From an uncultured Candidatus Saccharibacteria bacterium (GTDB taxonomy: Bacteria; Patescibacteriota; Doudnabacteria; UBA920): a stretch of DNA of 64,000 bases. The stretch spans positions 2,793-66,792 of the forward strand of contig CAZYMS010000004.1 in assembly GCA_964648985.1 (NCBI GenBank), written 5' to 3'. How positions within the stretch are numbered: position 1 is the first letter of the stretch; the number at the start of each line of letters is the position of its first letter. Shown piece by piece: positions 42,701 through 50,726 of this stretch. The notes under the pieces are model-generated. The model had not been told where the DNA came from. It worked only from the letters and a program-made list of their open reading frames with translations, and searched no databases. The position numbers and the translations under genes were made by a program.

Positions 42701-45700
42701 GGCGGTTCGCCAATTACGGTTACTGGTTTAACCAATGGTACAACCTATACCTTTACTGTTACAGCGACCAATGCTAACGGTACCAGTTCGGCTTCCGGCA
42801 CAAGCAATGCGGTTACACCTGCAACTGTCCCAGGTGCTCCTACAAATGTTTCTGCAGTACGGGGTAACGGACAAGCAACTATTACATTTACTGCTCCTGC
42901 TGGTAATGGCGGTTCAGCGATATTGTCGTACACAGTTACATCCAGTCCCGGCGGACTTACCGCTACTGGCGGCTCTTCGCCATTGGTTGTCACTGGTCTT
43001 TCAAATGGTACAACATACACTTTTACGGTTACCGCTACAAATAGTGCAGGTACAGGTGTTTCTTCAAGTTCAAGCAACTCTGTAACACCAGCAACAGTAC
43101 CTGGCGCTCCTACTGGTGTCACAGCTGTCGCAGGCAACGGACAAGCAACTATTACATTCACGGCTCCTCTAAGCAATGGTGGTGACCCTATTACTTCTTA
43201 TACCGTTACCTCAAGCCCAGGCGGATTTACAGCGACCGGCGGCAGCTCCCCAATTATCGTAACCGGACTTACGAATGGTACTGCATACACGTTTACTGTT
43301 GTGGCGACTAACACCATTGGAAATAGTACGTCATCTAGTACTAGTAATTCTGTAACACCAGCAACAGTACCTGGCGCTCCTACTGGTGTCACAGCTGTCG
43401 CAGGCAACGGACAAGCAACTATTACATTCACGGCTCCTCTAAGCAATGGTGGTGACCCTATTACTTCTTATACCGTTACCTCAAGCCCAGGCGGATTTAC
43501 AGCGACCGGCGGCAGCTCCCCAATTATCGTAACCGGACTTACGAATGGTACTGCATACACGTTTACTGTTGTGGCGACAAATGCGGTAGGTGATAGCAGT
43601 GCTTCTTCGAGCAGCAATGCGGTTACACCTGCAACTGTCCCAGGTGCTCCTACAAATGTTTCTGCAGTACGGGGTAACGGACAAGCAACTATTACATTTA
43701 CTGCTCCTGCTGGTAATGGCGGTTCAGCGATATTGTCGTACACAGTTACATCCAGTCCCGGCGGACTTACCGCTACTGGCGGCTCTTCGCCATTGGTTGT
43801 CACTGGTCTTTCAAATGGTACAACATACACTTTTACGGTAATAGCTACGAATGCAGTGGGAGACAGCAGTAGTTCAAGTGCAAGCAATTCAATTTCACCA
43901 GCCACAGTACCCGGCGCCCCTATAGTTGGTACGGCAACTGCTGGGGACGGCGAAGCAACTATTACATTTACACCACCAGCGAGTGACGGCAGTGCTGTCA
44001 TAACCAGCTACACCGTAACTTCCAGCCCTGGCGGGCTTACTGCCACTGGTGGTTCTTCACCGCTTATAGTTACAGGACTTACGAATGGTGTCACGTATAC
44101 GTTTACCGTAACAGCGACCAATGCTGTTGGGGTAAGTAGTGGCTCGAGCTCGAGTAATTCTGTGGTTCCAAAAACTATTCCCGGTGCTCCAACAGGTGTC
44201 ACCGCCGTTCGCGGAAATGGTGAAGCGACTATTACGTTTACTGCTCCGGTGAGCAACGGCGGCTCAGCCATAACCAGCTACACCGTTACTTCCAGCCCTG
44301 GCGGCTTTACCGCAACCGGCGGATCTTCGCCAATCACGGTAACAGGTTTGACCAACGGTACAACATATACGTTTACGGTGACTGCGACAAATGCTGCTGG
44401 TACGAGCATTGCTTCTAGCTCGAGTAACTCAGTTATTCCTGCTACGGTGCCCGGTGCACCTACAGCCGTAACCGCCGTTCGCGGAAATGGTGAAGCCTCT
44501 GTTTCATTTACTGCGCCTATTAGCAACGGCGGTTCGGCAATAACCGGCTATACCGTTACTTCCAGCCCGGGCGGCATAACCGCTAGTGGCGGTTCTTCGC
44601 CAATAGTTATAACTGGTCTTTCAAATGGCACTGCATACACGTTTACGGTAGTGGCAACAAATGCTATAGGTAGTAGCGCTGCTTCGAGCTCCAGTAATTC
44701 AATCACTCCTGCTGCTGTGCCAGGCGCGCCAACAAGTGTTGCTGCTGTTGCGGGTAATGGCGAAGCAATCATTTCATTTACTGCGCCGCTTGACAATGGG
44801 AGTGCTGCCATAACTAGCTACACCGTTACTTCCAGCCCTGGCGGCTTTACCGCAACCGGTGGTTCTTCGCCACTCATTGTGACAGGTTTAACCAACGGCG
44901 TAACATATACGTTTACCGTTACCGCAACGAATGCAGTTGGTACGAGCATTGCATCCAGCTCCAGTAATTCCATAGTGCCTGCAACAGTACCAGGTGCGCC
45001 AACTTCAGTAACCGCCGTTCGCGGAAATGGTGAAGCGACTATTACATTTACTGCTCCGGTGAGCAACGGCGGTTCAGTCATTACCGGTTACACCGTTACT
45101 TCCAGCCCTGGCGGCTTTACTGCCACTGGTGGTTCTTCACCGCTTATAGTTACAGGACTTACGAATGGTGTCACGTATACGTTTACCGTTACTGCAACGA
45201 ATGGCATTGGTACGAGCATAACTTCCAGCTCATCCAATTCAGTGGTACCAGCAACAGTGCCCGGTGCTCCAACAGCCGTAACCGCCGTTCGCGGAAATGG
45301 TGAAGCGACTATTACATTTACTGCTCCGGTGAGCAACGGCGGTTCAGTCATTACCGGTTACACCGTTACTTCCAGCCCTGGCGGCTTTACCGCAACCGGC
45401 GGATCTTCGCCAATCACGGTAACAGGTTTGACCAACGGTACAAGTTACACCTTTACGGTAGTGGCCACGAATGCAGTGGGCTCGAGTAGTAACTCAGGTG
45501 CAAGTAGCGCAGTAACTCCTGCTACTGTGCCGGATGCGCCTATAAACGTAGCGGGAACAATTGGTGATGGTAGTGTTACTGTGTCCTTCACAACCCCGGT
45601 ATCGAATGGTGGCTCCGCAATAACCAGCTACACGGTTACTTCGAACATTGGCGGCTTTTTTGCCACCGGTAGTTCATCGCCTCTTACAGTGACTGGTTTA

Positions 45701-47245
45701 ACCAATGGAGTTACCTATACGTTTACCGTAACCGCCACGAATAGTCTCGGAACTAGTACGAGTTCAGGGACAAGTGCTGGCTTGACTCCCGCAAGTGTCC
45801 CGGGTGTTCCAACCAACCTTGCCTCTACCAGTGGAGATACAAGTGTTGCACTGTCATGGTCCGCGCCGGTAAGTAACGGAGGCTCTGCAGTTACCGATTA
45901 TGTTATTGAATACAAATTAACCAGTGGCGGTACATGGTCAGTGTTTGCCGATGGGGTCGGTGCTGGACTTTCTGCTACGGTAACGGGCCTCGCAAATGAT
46001 AACTCGTATGATTTTAGGGTCAGTGCCAAGAACGCTGCAGGACAAGGTGCAAGCACTAATTCTGTGAGTGAAACACCAGCACCACCAGCGCAGGTACTTA
46101 TACAAAGCTTTACCGATCTGACTGCCCCGACTGTAGCAGCTGCAGTACGTATTACAAACGAAGGGGCAACTGCCTACGAGTATCAATACACGTGGTGTGT
46201 TACTGACGCACAAGCAAATGTGTGCGGCGGTGGCGATGATGTGTTCTCTTCCACAGCTGCAAAGCTTATCCAGTCCGGCGAGAACTTTGATGCTACGCTG
46301 AACTCGACGATTTCGACTCCTGGAAACTATTGGTTTCACCTAAATGTACAATTTGGTTCTGATTCTTCTGAAGCAGTACAATCTTTTACTGCAATAGCCG
46401 CAACACCAGTTGTTACTCCACCGGGCGGTGGAGGTGGTGGAGGTGGTGGGGGCGGATCTACGGGCGGTGGGGGAGTAATAGTAAGTCCACAGCCTACTCC
46501 GGTAACGACTGTCCCCGTAGGTGGGGCTGGTACAGGCGAGGCTCATCCAAACGGTACGCTTATATATGATGGTAATACATTTTATATTCTTTCTGCAGGT
46601 CAGCGAGTAGGGTTTAGAAATGAGCAAGAATATAAATCGTACGGATATACCTTTGATCAGGCTGTGCCCGCTTCCTTGTACGATAAAGCACTTCCTGAAC
46701 ACGGAATTAATAAAGCTATGGAGGGTACATTGGTGTTGGATGCGACCGATGGCAGAACAGTGTATATGATAGGCGCGGGTAGTACAAAGCGCGGTTTTGT
46801 TTCTGCCGCAGTATTTAAGGCGCTTGGGTATAGCTATACAAACCTGCCAAAAATAAATCTATCCGACTATCCAACCGGAATACCGATTGGCAGTGCAAAA
46901 CTACCACATCCGGATGGCTCACTCGTTATGCAAGGTAAAACTATTTGGTGGATTCGCAATGGGCAAAAAACCGGCTTCGAGACAATGGCAGTATTCAACA
47001 CATACGGCTTTAGCCTTTCAAGAGTGGTAAAAGCGAACGCTGCAGATGTAGCGTTGCCCGAAGGCCCCATTGTTAAGTTCCGCGATGGAACCTTGGTTTT
47101 GGACCAGCGGACCTATCATCTTATATCGGATGGTAAAAAGCTGGCATTCACTTCCGACAGTCAACTCATACAGCTTGGTTATAATATTGTACGAGCAGTG
47201 TTAGCTAGTCTGTATACCTATGAATCAGGTGGAGTAGTGAAGTAA
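30710..47245 (+). CDS. giant surface protein: acidic stalk, GLUG-type repeats with Gly-rich inserts, 13 FN3 domains, CPR-type C-terminal domain
   Basis: 5511-aa ORF; signal peptide; recurring GGLVG-N...SYATGNV; GGAGGxGG tracts; 90-aa VPGAPT...YTFTVTATN units; HPNGTLI/HPDGSLV tail. Confidence 0.92.
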   Translation: MPHMPSVVKLFFLASCFVLAGFLFLASPIKAAVAEEVVASSETSLAALVPTQEVATTSAEGVASEPAPTVVAEVTVSEEIIDAPEAEAAPGTEGADVPEATTPAPEASTSTSEDASAQVLIVSEATEQEGALDTAPDVAEVPEESSEEVVPEIIAAGPEQVAQTEEAASVAESGAAPSAKSAPEEIISETPVAETPAQGTEMTPEVEVPAVEVAETASEISVGEELPVAEVTEIAQSTAIEEALETESVAPTVEENISETVEAETEVASTVDATPTVVEEFTSNGKTVVVSSTEEQELVHPMVNVPVGTDIPEIFRVGQEDQIKIKWQNNDGQEMQFTALDTNDNGYIDRVEWIVPHLSTQTFEIIYISNALLLDEHKNTVGDIYGLVATQDQNYASVTNGQFVRVTFEHILNESRDITLYAKPANPAEPATIEAYTVDGQRIATFATIDHDGKYRIILLGLSNPSAVFDLKVTGAVDIDFIIDPPANAYWVGGAGNWSDAANHWATTSGGAPGAGNAPDATSNVIFDASSGSASDIVNIDTTITIGSLAINGFTGTISQNADVSITNSGGQSGSYSQTSAATWTAPDPGTDTFSATGSFSVTAGTFRRYTGTGISTDPFVIYDVYGLQAMKTNLANSYRLNGNIDASVTTGWNSGEGFVPVGTNITNFTGNFDGAGFVISDLFINSTTLSYVGLFGYTLGSIQDLTLTNADITGVGIAGSNGSDGAAGSSGTTPTVGGTGTIGTAGSILYIGGLAGYNAGTITNISISGTVTGTGGAGGNSGNGGAGGNTTSGATVSGAGGTSLAGGAGAVVYSGGLIGYSAQGSINDSSSSAIVTGTGGAGGNSGNGGAGGTNSGSGIGGAGGGVGAPGVGGISYTGGLIGWVNSGIVVTSFATGNVIAAGGTGGSAGAAGVGGAGGTAAIGGAGGAGGTGATGGASFAGGLVGNNLGNIRFASYATGDITATGGTPGNGSAGGTAGASAVATTGTAATGGAGGVGGAGGIAYAGGLVGQNNSDGVVSGVTAPNYATGDVTATGSNGQNGQVGGTGGSAAAGTAHTGGTGGAGGTGGAGGGAYAGGLVGLNTGVILISNSNTGTVTVVGGTGGAGGTGGTGGAKGSSGSNGANGASGTGGSANVTSSYVGGLVGSNVGAVQDSYSTNPVIGTGGAGGSGATGVNGLTGIVGATGGTGGAAGVLYIGGVAGNNTLTITGSYHTTGAVTGTAGSGGSAGAGGAGGTGALAGAGGVATVGAIIYAGGVIGNNTGNSLLNDYSTSNVTGTGGAGGNGASGGVGATSLAGITGTVGAVGGIAYVGGVVGYSSNGEILESYSTGDVVAIGGAGGTGGNGGAGGTGAASTTGGAGANGAIGGAGGAAFGGGVLGNYILGPIGEVHNTGNVTVTGGTGGNGGAGGTGGNGGTNAVGGTGGNGGAGGAGGVANSGGIAGQSTGVINGVSYSTGNITAIAGTPGNGGVGGAGGSTTATFNATAAAAGGTGGAGGAGAIAYAGGLVGNNANTIINSYASGIITATASAGKDGAAAGSAGNGSAGGSSHAGAVGATGGAGGAGAAAYAGGLAGLNTSTITNSYIQTGSVTATGSIGGNGAAGASGGVGGTSAIGGVGGVGGVGGAGGVGHAGGVAGHNNTGGVVQDGTYSNVNITSLGGTSGNGGAGGAGGVRAVGGAGGAVVAGAIAYAGGLVGLNTATIADSHATGNVTATAGSGGSPGSGGNGGSGTTGAAGGASGATDVAASVLLRIGGAAYAGGLLGYNTTNGIIQGTSYSTGDATSTGGAGGAGANGANGGNSSGAVAGAAGIAGISGGAGGVGAAGGLVGWNIGVVSPASYAQGDVSAAGGVGGSSGSAGTPGSSGAGMAGVAGVAGGAGGIGGAAYAGGVIGYNGVLGSTISTANNVGTVASIGGAGANGAVGGAGGAGGSSTGAIGGAGGAGGAGGAGGAAYGAGVAGLNIGLIKDVNYTITTVTVVGGAAGNGAVGGNAGPSGNISGSTGATAGTGGVGGIGGAVFIGGLAGDNPGVIHNSTVVGSLSASNKAGGNGGNGGIGGDGSLGTGSHNGGVGGLGGAGGASGALYMGGLAGQGNGNISDSSSTGGTMTVAQSVGGGNGGNGGNGGTAGTGGRNGTGGAGGAGGVTGAMFVGGAIGHNSLANVTFDNIFSTNNIVISADDGGDGGAGANGANGAIGGIGGAGGAGGVTQTTATNAGGLIGDVTGAGTSILNSYATGNVTVVGDSGGTGATGGAGGNGAAGMTGGAGAVGGAGGSGGYVYGGGLIGFTSTNAYVGSSHATGNVTITAGSGGAAGNGGAGGAGGSASVGGAGAIGGAGGVGGISNVGGLVGYATSGIIVDSYSTGAVQGTSGNGGNSGNGGAGGSGGSGAIGGAGGAGTVGAAGGASFTGGLIGDHAITIETSYHTTGAVTSYSGNGGAGGAGGAGGASGNITNGTAAIGGAGGAGGAGGALHAGGLVGRNNAVTGIINNSYATSNVNGVGGNGGAGGAGGAGGDGSSGTNHIGGAGGAGGAGGAAAIAVASSLQIGGLVGSNLLGTITNSYAQTGTVTATGGAGGASSQGGVGGTGTGTALYGIGGAGGIGGAGGGIYAGGLVGYTTGVIQTGSYSKTSIDVTGGAGANGSDGRSAAANSGVAGSAGGAGGASGIVYAGGLVGYATSDIISSYASFHAGSGKGNIVVNGGVAGNGGSGGDGGSGLVGGSVGGAGGVGGAGGAETGSFVGGLSGYISATGVITDSYSENLTITGAEQPGGAGGDGGSGGTGVGTFVGGIGAVGGAGGAGGVRAFGGLVGDNLGTIQSGSYSNVNITVVGGAGGDGGSGGNGGTSGSSVSSGTAAAGGVGGAGGAGAATYGGGLVGRMSGTTQLLQILNSYATGSVTVVGGLGGNGGNGGNGGNGSTGTSTHIGSVGALGGAAGVGGEADAGGLVGMSNFSSGTSNFLYTYATGNVSSTGGNSGAAGTSGNGGASRTTIAGGAGGGAVAGVAGGASYAGGLIGNNRITTGLSDVIGSYATGNVTSIGGVGSTGSLGGNGANGAASSVGGAGGVGGAGGIGGEADAGGLLGYGSVTSGGSKYFNSYSTGNTVTATGGTGGNSGSAGTAGNGGSGAAGGATSAAGVGGTGGAAYAGGLTAQLVGSVLITTSYSTRNVLATGGASGNGATGVAGSTGGSGAIGGTGGAGGTAGAGGASYAGGLVGSSAGIIGGISYATGNVTSNGGEAGTSGAGGAGGASGSISGSTAATGGAGGSGGAGGASYAGGLVGNNGATGIISYSYSTGSVTSLGRNGSNGNTGGAGGDGSSGTGNHVGGTGGAGGAGGAGGASYSGGLVGNNVNTTNTITTSYTSGNVTGTSGTGGNAGIGGAGGLAGNVGAGGAGGVGGAGGAAGVLYTGGFVGYNDGTVQLYSYATGNVSGTAGAGGNGSTGGVGADGFDGTTANGGAGGVGGAGGAGGAGGITYGGGFTGWNNTARTIRDSSSSGDLILTGGAGGNGGTGGNGGTGGDGAAAGTGGTGGAAGARSAGIVGGITYGGGFAGYNLGTLYADYAEGNVTVNGGAGGAGGNGGTAGAGGNGGATGAGGVGGAQGATAAGGAGGALYAGGFAGYNFTAGLIQYSWASGDITTVGGNGGASGTAGTSGTGGAGGTLAGGAGGAAVAGGAGGAGGASFAGGFIGADLTTGSFNTSYASGSVTMTGGNGAMGGVGGVGGHGGTGGSGGSGNGGAGIIGGTGGVGGVGGAVTGGGLVGQNTGTISNAYALGSVTGTAGTPGNGGAGGNGGNGGTAGGGTAGSNGNGGAGGAGGAGANAHMGGLLGSQATSVITNVYSSGVPTGTKTTGATGGAGGIAGVGGTGGSGGASGAIGSSASTQYVGGITGLPTSGTYVSTYWDTTTSGYAAGDGVGNGADPSGMTGKTTAEMKQETTFVGWDFTSLIWDIDENNTYPYFSYQTVPDSPTNIVAVGGNGQATITFTPPVDNGSSTIVSYTVTSNTGGHTAIGGGSPITVTGLTNGTTYTFTVTATNANGTSSASGTSNAVTPATVPGAPTNVSAVRGNGQATITFTAPAGNGGSAILSYTVTSSPGGLTATGGSSPLVVTGLSNGTTYTFTVTATNSAGTGVSSSSSNSVTPATVPGAPTGVTAVAGNGQATITFTAPLSNGGDPITSYTVTSSPGGFTATGGSSPIIVTGLTNGTAYTFTVVATNTIGNSTSSSTSNSVTPATVPGAPTGVTAVAGNGQATITFTAPLSNGGDPITSYTVTSSPGGFTATGGSSPIIVTGLTNGTAYTFTVVATNAVGDSSASSSSNAVTPATVPGAPTNVSAVRGNGQATITFTAPAGNGGSAILSYTVTSSPGGLTATGGSSPLVVTGLSNGTTYTFTVIATNAVGDSSSSSASNSISPATVPGAPIVGTATAGDGEATITFTPPASDGSAVITSYTVTSSPGGLTATGGSSPLIVTGLTNGVTYTFTVTATNAVGVSSGSSSSNSVVPKTIPGAPTGVTAVRGNGEATITFTAPVSNGGSAITSYTVTSSPGGFTATGGSSPITVTGLTNGTTYTFTVTATNAAGTSIASSSSNSVIPATVPGAPTAVTAVRGNGEASVSFTAPISNGGSAITGYTVTSSPGGITASGGSSPIVITGLSNGTAYTFTVVATNAIGSSAASSSSNSITPAAVPGAPTSVAAVAGNGEAIISFTAPLDNGSAAITSYTVTSSPGGFTATGGSSPLIVTGLTNGVTYTFTVTATNAVGTSIASSSSNSIVPATVPGAPTSVTAVRGNGEATITFTAPVSNGGSVITGYTVTSSPGGFTATGGSSPLIVTGLTNGVTYTFTVTATNGIGTSITSSSSNSVVPATVPGAPTAVTAVRGNGEATITFTAPVSNGGSVITGYTVTSSPGGFTATGGSSPITVTGLTNGTSYTFTVVATNAVGSSSNSGASSAVTPATVPDAPINVAGTIGDGSVTVSFTTPVSNGGSAITSYTVTSNIGGFFATGSSSPLTVTGLTNGVTYTFTVTATNSLGTSTSSGTSAGLTPASVPGVPTNLASTSGDTSVALSWSAPVSNGGSAVTDYVIEYKLTSGGTWSVFADGVGAGLSATVTGLANDNSYDFRVSAKNAAGQGASTNSVSETPAPPAQVLIQSFTDLTAPTVAAAVRITNEGATAYEYQYTWCVTDAQANVCGGGDDVFSSTAAKLIQSGENFDATLNSTISTPGNYWFHLNVQFGSDSSEAVQSFTAIAATPVVTPPGGGGGGGGGGGSTGGGGVIVSPQPTPVTTVPVGGAGTGEAHPNGTLIYDGNTFYILSAGQRVGFRNEQEYKSYGYTFDQAVPASLYDKALPEHGINKAMEGTLVLDATDGRTVYMIGAGSTKRGFVSAAVFKALGYSYTNLPKINLSDYPTGIPIGSAKLPHPDGSLVMQGKTIWWIRNGQKTGFETMAVFNTYGFSLSRVVKANAADVALPEGPIVKFRDGTLVLDQRTYHLISDGKKLAFTSDSQLIQLGYNIVRAVLASLYTYESGGVVK
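42556..46080 (+). repeat. 13 tandem ~270-bp FN3 repeats
   Basis: 43081-43308 identical to 43351-43578; 42803-43029 identical to 43613-43839. Confidence 0.9.
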
Positions 47246-47331
47246 ACAAGTCTTAGTAGCATAAAAAATGCTCGCTATATATGGTGAGCATTTTTGATAT
47301 GCTTGTACTATATCCCTAGCAATATATACAT

Positions 47332-47933
47332 ATGAGAAAAATAATACTGTTCATGGTTATATCCCTTGATGGTTTTGTCGGGGGGCCGCAGAGTGAACTA
47401 GACTTTGAAATTCGCGATGAAGAGATTGGTCGGTTTTTAATTCCAGCCCTTTTGCAAAATGTAGATAGCATGGTTATGGGCCATGGGCTCTACAAAGGGT
47501 TTACCCAGGCCTGGCCTGCTATGGCGAAAGACCTCAATAGTCCGGCAGACTTAGTAGAATTTGCTCAGGGGGTCGAAAATTCCCCAAAGTACGTATTTCA
47601 CACACCGCTGCTGAGTCGCTCGATAATGACGAGTGGAAAAATACTACCATGATTCAAGCGCAGGGCGACGAAGAAGTTAGGGCTGAAATAACAAAGTTAA
47701 AACAAAGTTCAGGAAAAGATATTGTGCTCTTTGGTGGTGTGCGCATGGCGCAAACCTTAGTACGCTTAGGGCTAGTAGACGAATATCGTTTTAAGATTCA
47801 ACCAATGGCACTTGGTGCTGGACAGCCGCTCTTTGTAGGTCTCACCCAGCGGGCTAACTTAAAGCTTACATTCTCCAAAGTGTTCGATTCGGGGTGGTTG
47901 CACTTTACTACGTGCCTAAACAATAATCATTGA
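47332..47933 (+). pseudogene. dihydrofolate reductase-like (RibD C-terminal) gene, frameshifted
   Basis: ISLDGF...SPKYVF in ORF 47332; GKDIVLFGG...GLVDEY...P...GAGQPLF in ORF 47649; C-terminus also out of frame. Confidence 0.8.
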
Positions 47934-48025
47934 AAAATTCCCAAGCAGCAGCTTGGGAATTTTTGTATTTACAAACCTGATGGCTGAGGGTAGTATGAGG
48001 TAGTAGGGTAATTTACTCAAAATAT

Positions 48026-48319
48026 ATGTGGAAAGAATATACAGAATATTTTCGAAATAATCCCGAAGGCTACTGGTTTAAGGCTAAGCTATATGGTTGG
48101 GGTTGGACACCGGTAAAATGGCAGGGGTGGGTGGCAATTTTGGTATATCTGTTTGCTGTATTTGCGTTTGCATTAACTTTGAATAATGATTCACCTCCCC
48201 GCGAAGTAGTCTTTACTTTTGTGCTGCCTACCGCAATTCTGACTGCTGCGCTCATTCGTTTGTGCTACAAAACCGGGGAAAAACCCCATTGGCAGTGGGG
48301 TCCACCGAAGCAGAAATAA
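48026..48319 (+). CDS. small membrane hypothetical protein
   Basis: WFKAKLYGWGWTPVKWQGW...CYKTGEKPHWQWG. Confidence 0.8.
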   Translation: MWKEYTEYFRNNPEGYWFKAKLYGWGWTPVKWQGWVAILVYLFAVFAFALTLNNDSPPREVVFTFVLPTAILTAALIRLCYKTGEKPHWQWGPPKQK

Positions 48320-48359
48320 TCTCAAGAGAGTTTGGGCAACTTTTGCTATACATTTATAT

Positions 48360-48830
48360 ATGGACAAAACTACATTTGATTGGAAAAAATATATAATGGA
48401 ATGTATGCAGTCTACGAATTTTTGCACATTGGGCACTGTAGATAAAAAGGGGGTGTGGACCAATCCTGTATTTTTTGCTTGGGATAACAAGCTCAATTTG
48501 TATTTTATTTCTCAAATGCATTCTCGCCATATGCAAAACTTGCAAAAAGATGGTCGCATATCCGTGGCCATATATAGTACTGAACAAATGGGCGACGTTG
48601 CCGGCATCCAGCTTGAAGGTACAGCTCAGATTTTGCTAAATGATGCACCGGCTATCCAGCATGCATTTGATACATATTTTGCGAGGGCAGGTAAGGGGAA
48701 TGATGTGCAGCAATATATAAACAATCCTACATGGATATTTGTGCAAATTACTCCTGAGTATATGTACTACTTTGACACTCGTTTTTTTGAAGAAGAAAGG
48801 CAGGAGGTGCCGTTGGAAAAATTAATATAG
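48360..48830 (+). CDS. pyridoxamine 5'-phosphate oxidase family protein
   Basis: TLGTV...W-x-x-PVFF...LYFIS...SRHMQN...GIQLEG. Confidence 0.85.
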   Translation: MDKTTFDWKKYIMECMQSTNFCTLGTVDKKGVWTNPVFFAWDNKLNLYFISQMHSRHMQNLQKDGRISVAIYSTEQMGDVAGIQLEGTAQILLNDAPAIQHAFDTYFARAGKGNDVQQYINNPTWIFVQITPEYMYYFDTRFFEEERQEVPLEKLI

Positions 48831-48873
48831 TTATAACGTACCTGGTCTAAGGTTAATTTGAGGAGAAGGATAT

Positions 48874-49758
48874 ATGCAAAAGATTATAACGCATTTGTGG
48901 TTTGATAAGGAAGCAAAAGAGGCGAGCGAGTTTTATGTTTCTTTATTTCCGGACTCAAAAATCAGTAACGTCCGCACTATCACCGGTACGCCGTCGGGTG
49001 ATTGCGATATAGTAAACTTTGTGTTAGCAGACCAGGGATTTATGGCTATAAGTGCGGGGCCATACTTTAAGCTCAACCCATCCATTTCCCTGTTCGCAGT
49101 GTTTGAAAATGAAGAAGATATCACTGCAGCATGGAACAAGCTTATAGAAGGCGGTAAAGCGCTTATGGCGTTTGATACCTATCCGTGGGCGCATAAGTAT
49201 GGTTGGGTCCAGGACAAGTACGGGCTTACCTGGCAACTCTCTATGAGCGAACATCACCAGGTGGCGCAGCGCATAACCCCACTACTTATGTATACGCAAA
49301 GTATGGCGGGTAAAACAAAAGAAGCCATAGAACATTATACCAGTGTATTTCCAGATTCAAACGTAGAAATGATGGTGCCATATAACGAAGGTGAAGGAGA
49401 TGTTGCGGGGTATATAAAGCATTCCCGCTTTAGTTTGCTTGGTCAGAATTTTATGGCCATGGATAGCTCTGGCAAACATGATTTTGTATTTAATGAGGCT
49501 ATTTCATTTGTTGTGCATTGCAATACACAAGAAGAAATAGATACGTACTGGGAAAAACTTTCGGCGGACCCTTCAGCGGAACAATGTGGTTGGCTCAAAG
49601 ATAGGTTTGGCGTATCTTGGCAAATAGTACCAGCTGCTATGAGCGAAATGATGGAGCGTGCTACTAAGGAGCAAATGGATAGGATAACACAAGCGTTTCT
49701 AAAAATGAAAAAGTTTAACATCGCTGAGCTACAAAAGGCATATGAATCAGGTGTTTAG
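48874..49758 (+). CDS. tandem-domain VOC (3-dmu-9_3-mt) protein
   Basis: QKIITHLWFD...YGWVQDKYGLTWQ...FNEAISF...CGWLKDRFGVSWQ. Confidence 0.9.
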   Translation: MQKIITHLWFDKEAKEASEFYVSLFPDSKISNVRTITGTPSGDCDIVNFVLADQGFMAISAGPYFKLNPSISLFAVFENEEDITAAWNKLIEGGKALMAFDTYPWAHKYGWVQDKYGLTWQLSMSEHHQVAQRITPLLMYTQSMAGKTKEAIEHYTSVFPDSNVEMMVPYNEGEGDVAGYIKHSRFSLLGQNFMAMDSSGKHDFVFNEAISFVVHCNTQEEIDTYWEKLSADPSAEQCGWLKDRFGVSWQIVPAAMSEMMERATKEQMDRITQAFLKMKKFNIAELQKAYESGV

Positions 49759-49842
49759 TAGAAGAAAGTAAGCTGATAAAAACAGTAGCGAAAGCTGCTG
49801 TTTTTTGTTATGGTTAATTAATAAGTTATTAAATTAACACAT

Positions 49843-50298
49843 ATGGAAAAAATACATTTCTCTATCTTCATACATGCCCCGCGCGAGAAAGTGTGGCACA
49901 CCATGCTCGATGATAGTACGTATCGCCAGTGGACTGCTGCATTTAACCCGGGTTCGTACTACAAGGGCGACTGGAATAAGGGTTCGAAAATACTATTCCT
50001 TGGACCGGAAACTCAACCTGGCGAAGGTGAGGGTGGTATGGCTAGTCGCATAGCAGAGAATAGAGAGTTCGAGTTTATATCTATAGAGCACGTAGGCATA
50101 GTAAAAAATGGGGTAGAGGACACTGAAAGCGAGGAAGCAAAGAAGTGGTCGCCAGCATTCGAAAACTATACATTTACCGATAAGGGTGACGGCACAGAGG
50201 TAGTAGTAGAAATGGATATTATGCCTGAGTATAAAGAAATGTTTGAGGGTATGTGGCCCAAAGCCTTGGAAAAACTTAAAGAAGTAGCTGAGCAATAG
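49843..50298 (+). CDS. SRPBCC/AHSA1-like protein
   Basis: IHAPREKVW...WPKALEKLKEVAE. Confidence 0.85.
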   Translation: MEKIHFSIFIHAPREKVWHTMLDDSTYRQWTAAFNPGSYYKGDWNKGSKILFLGPETQPGEGEGGMASRIAENREFEFISIEHVGIVKNGVEDTESEEAKKWSPAFENYTFTDKGDGTEVVVEMDIMPEYKEMFEGMWPKALEKLKEVAEQ

Positions 50299-50304
50299 AT
50301 TATA

Positions 50305-50673
50305 ATGACAAACATAAAAGATATAGATGCGTATATTCGCACGTATCCCGAAGATGTTCAGCAGTTATTGAAAAAAGTACGACAGGTAATTCGGGCGGTA
50401 GCGCCTAAAGCAGAAGAATGTATTAAATACGGCCTTCCTACTTTCATGCTGAATGGAAAAAACTTAGTTCACTTTGGTGGTTTTAAAAATCATATTGGGT
50501 TTTATCCAGCGCCTTCCGGTATAATTGCTTTTAAAAAAGAACTTTCAAAATACGGAGGTGCGAAGGGTTCCATTCAATTTTCACTTGATAAACCCCTACC
50601 ACTTATACTTATAAAAAAGATTACGCAGTTTCGCGTTAAAGAAAATATGAAACTCGTCAAGAAAAATATGTAA
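50305..50673 (+). CDS. DUF1801/YdhG-like protein
   Basis: IDAYI...APKAEECIKYGLPTF...LVHFGGFKNHIGFYP...KGSIQF. Confidence 0.88.
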   Translation: MTNIKDIDAYIRTYPEDVQQLLKKVRQVIRAVAPKAEECIKYGLPTFMLNGKNLVHFGGFKNHIGFYPAPSGIIAFKKELSKYGGAKGSIQFSLDKPLPLILIKKITQFRVKENMKLVKKNM

Positions 50674-50726
50674 GGGAAATTACGAGAGTCCCCGCTGCGG
50701 GTAATTATTGTGCGGGAGGTTCGAAT

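Noticed and set aside
33337-45351. Many minus-strand Pro-rich ORFs
   Set aside because: Antisense shadows of Gly/Thr-rich codons in the giant gene
42556-46080. FN3 repeats as DGR targets or a CRISPR array
   Set aside because: They are in-frame 270-bp coding repeats whose differences are not adenine-specific, and there are no spacers
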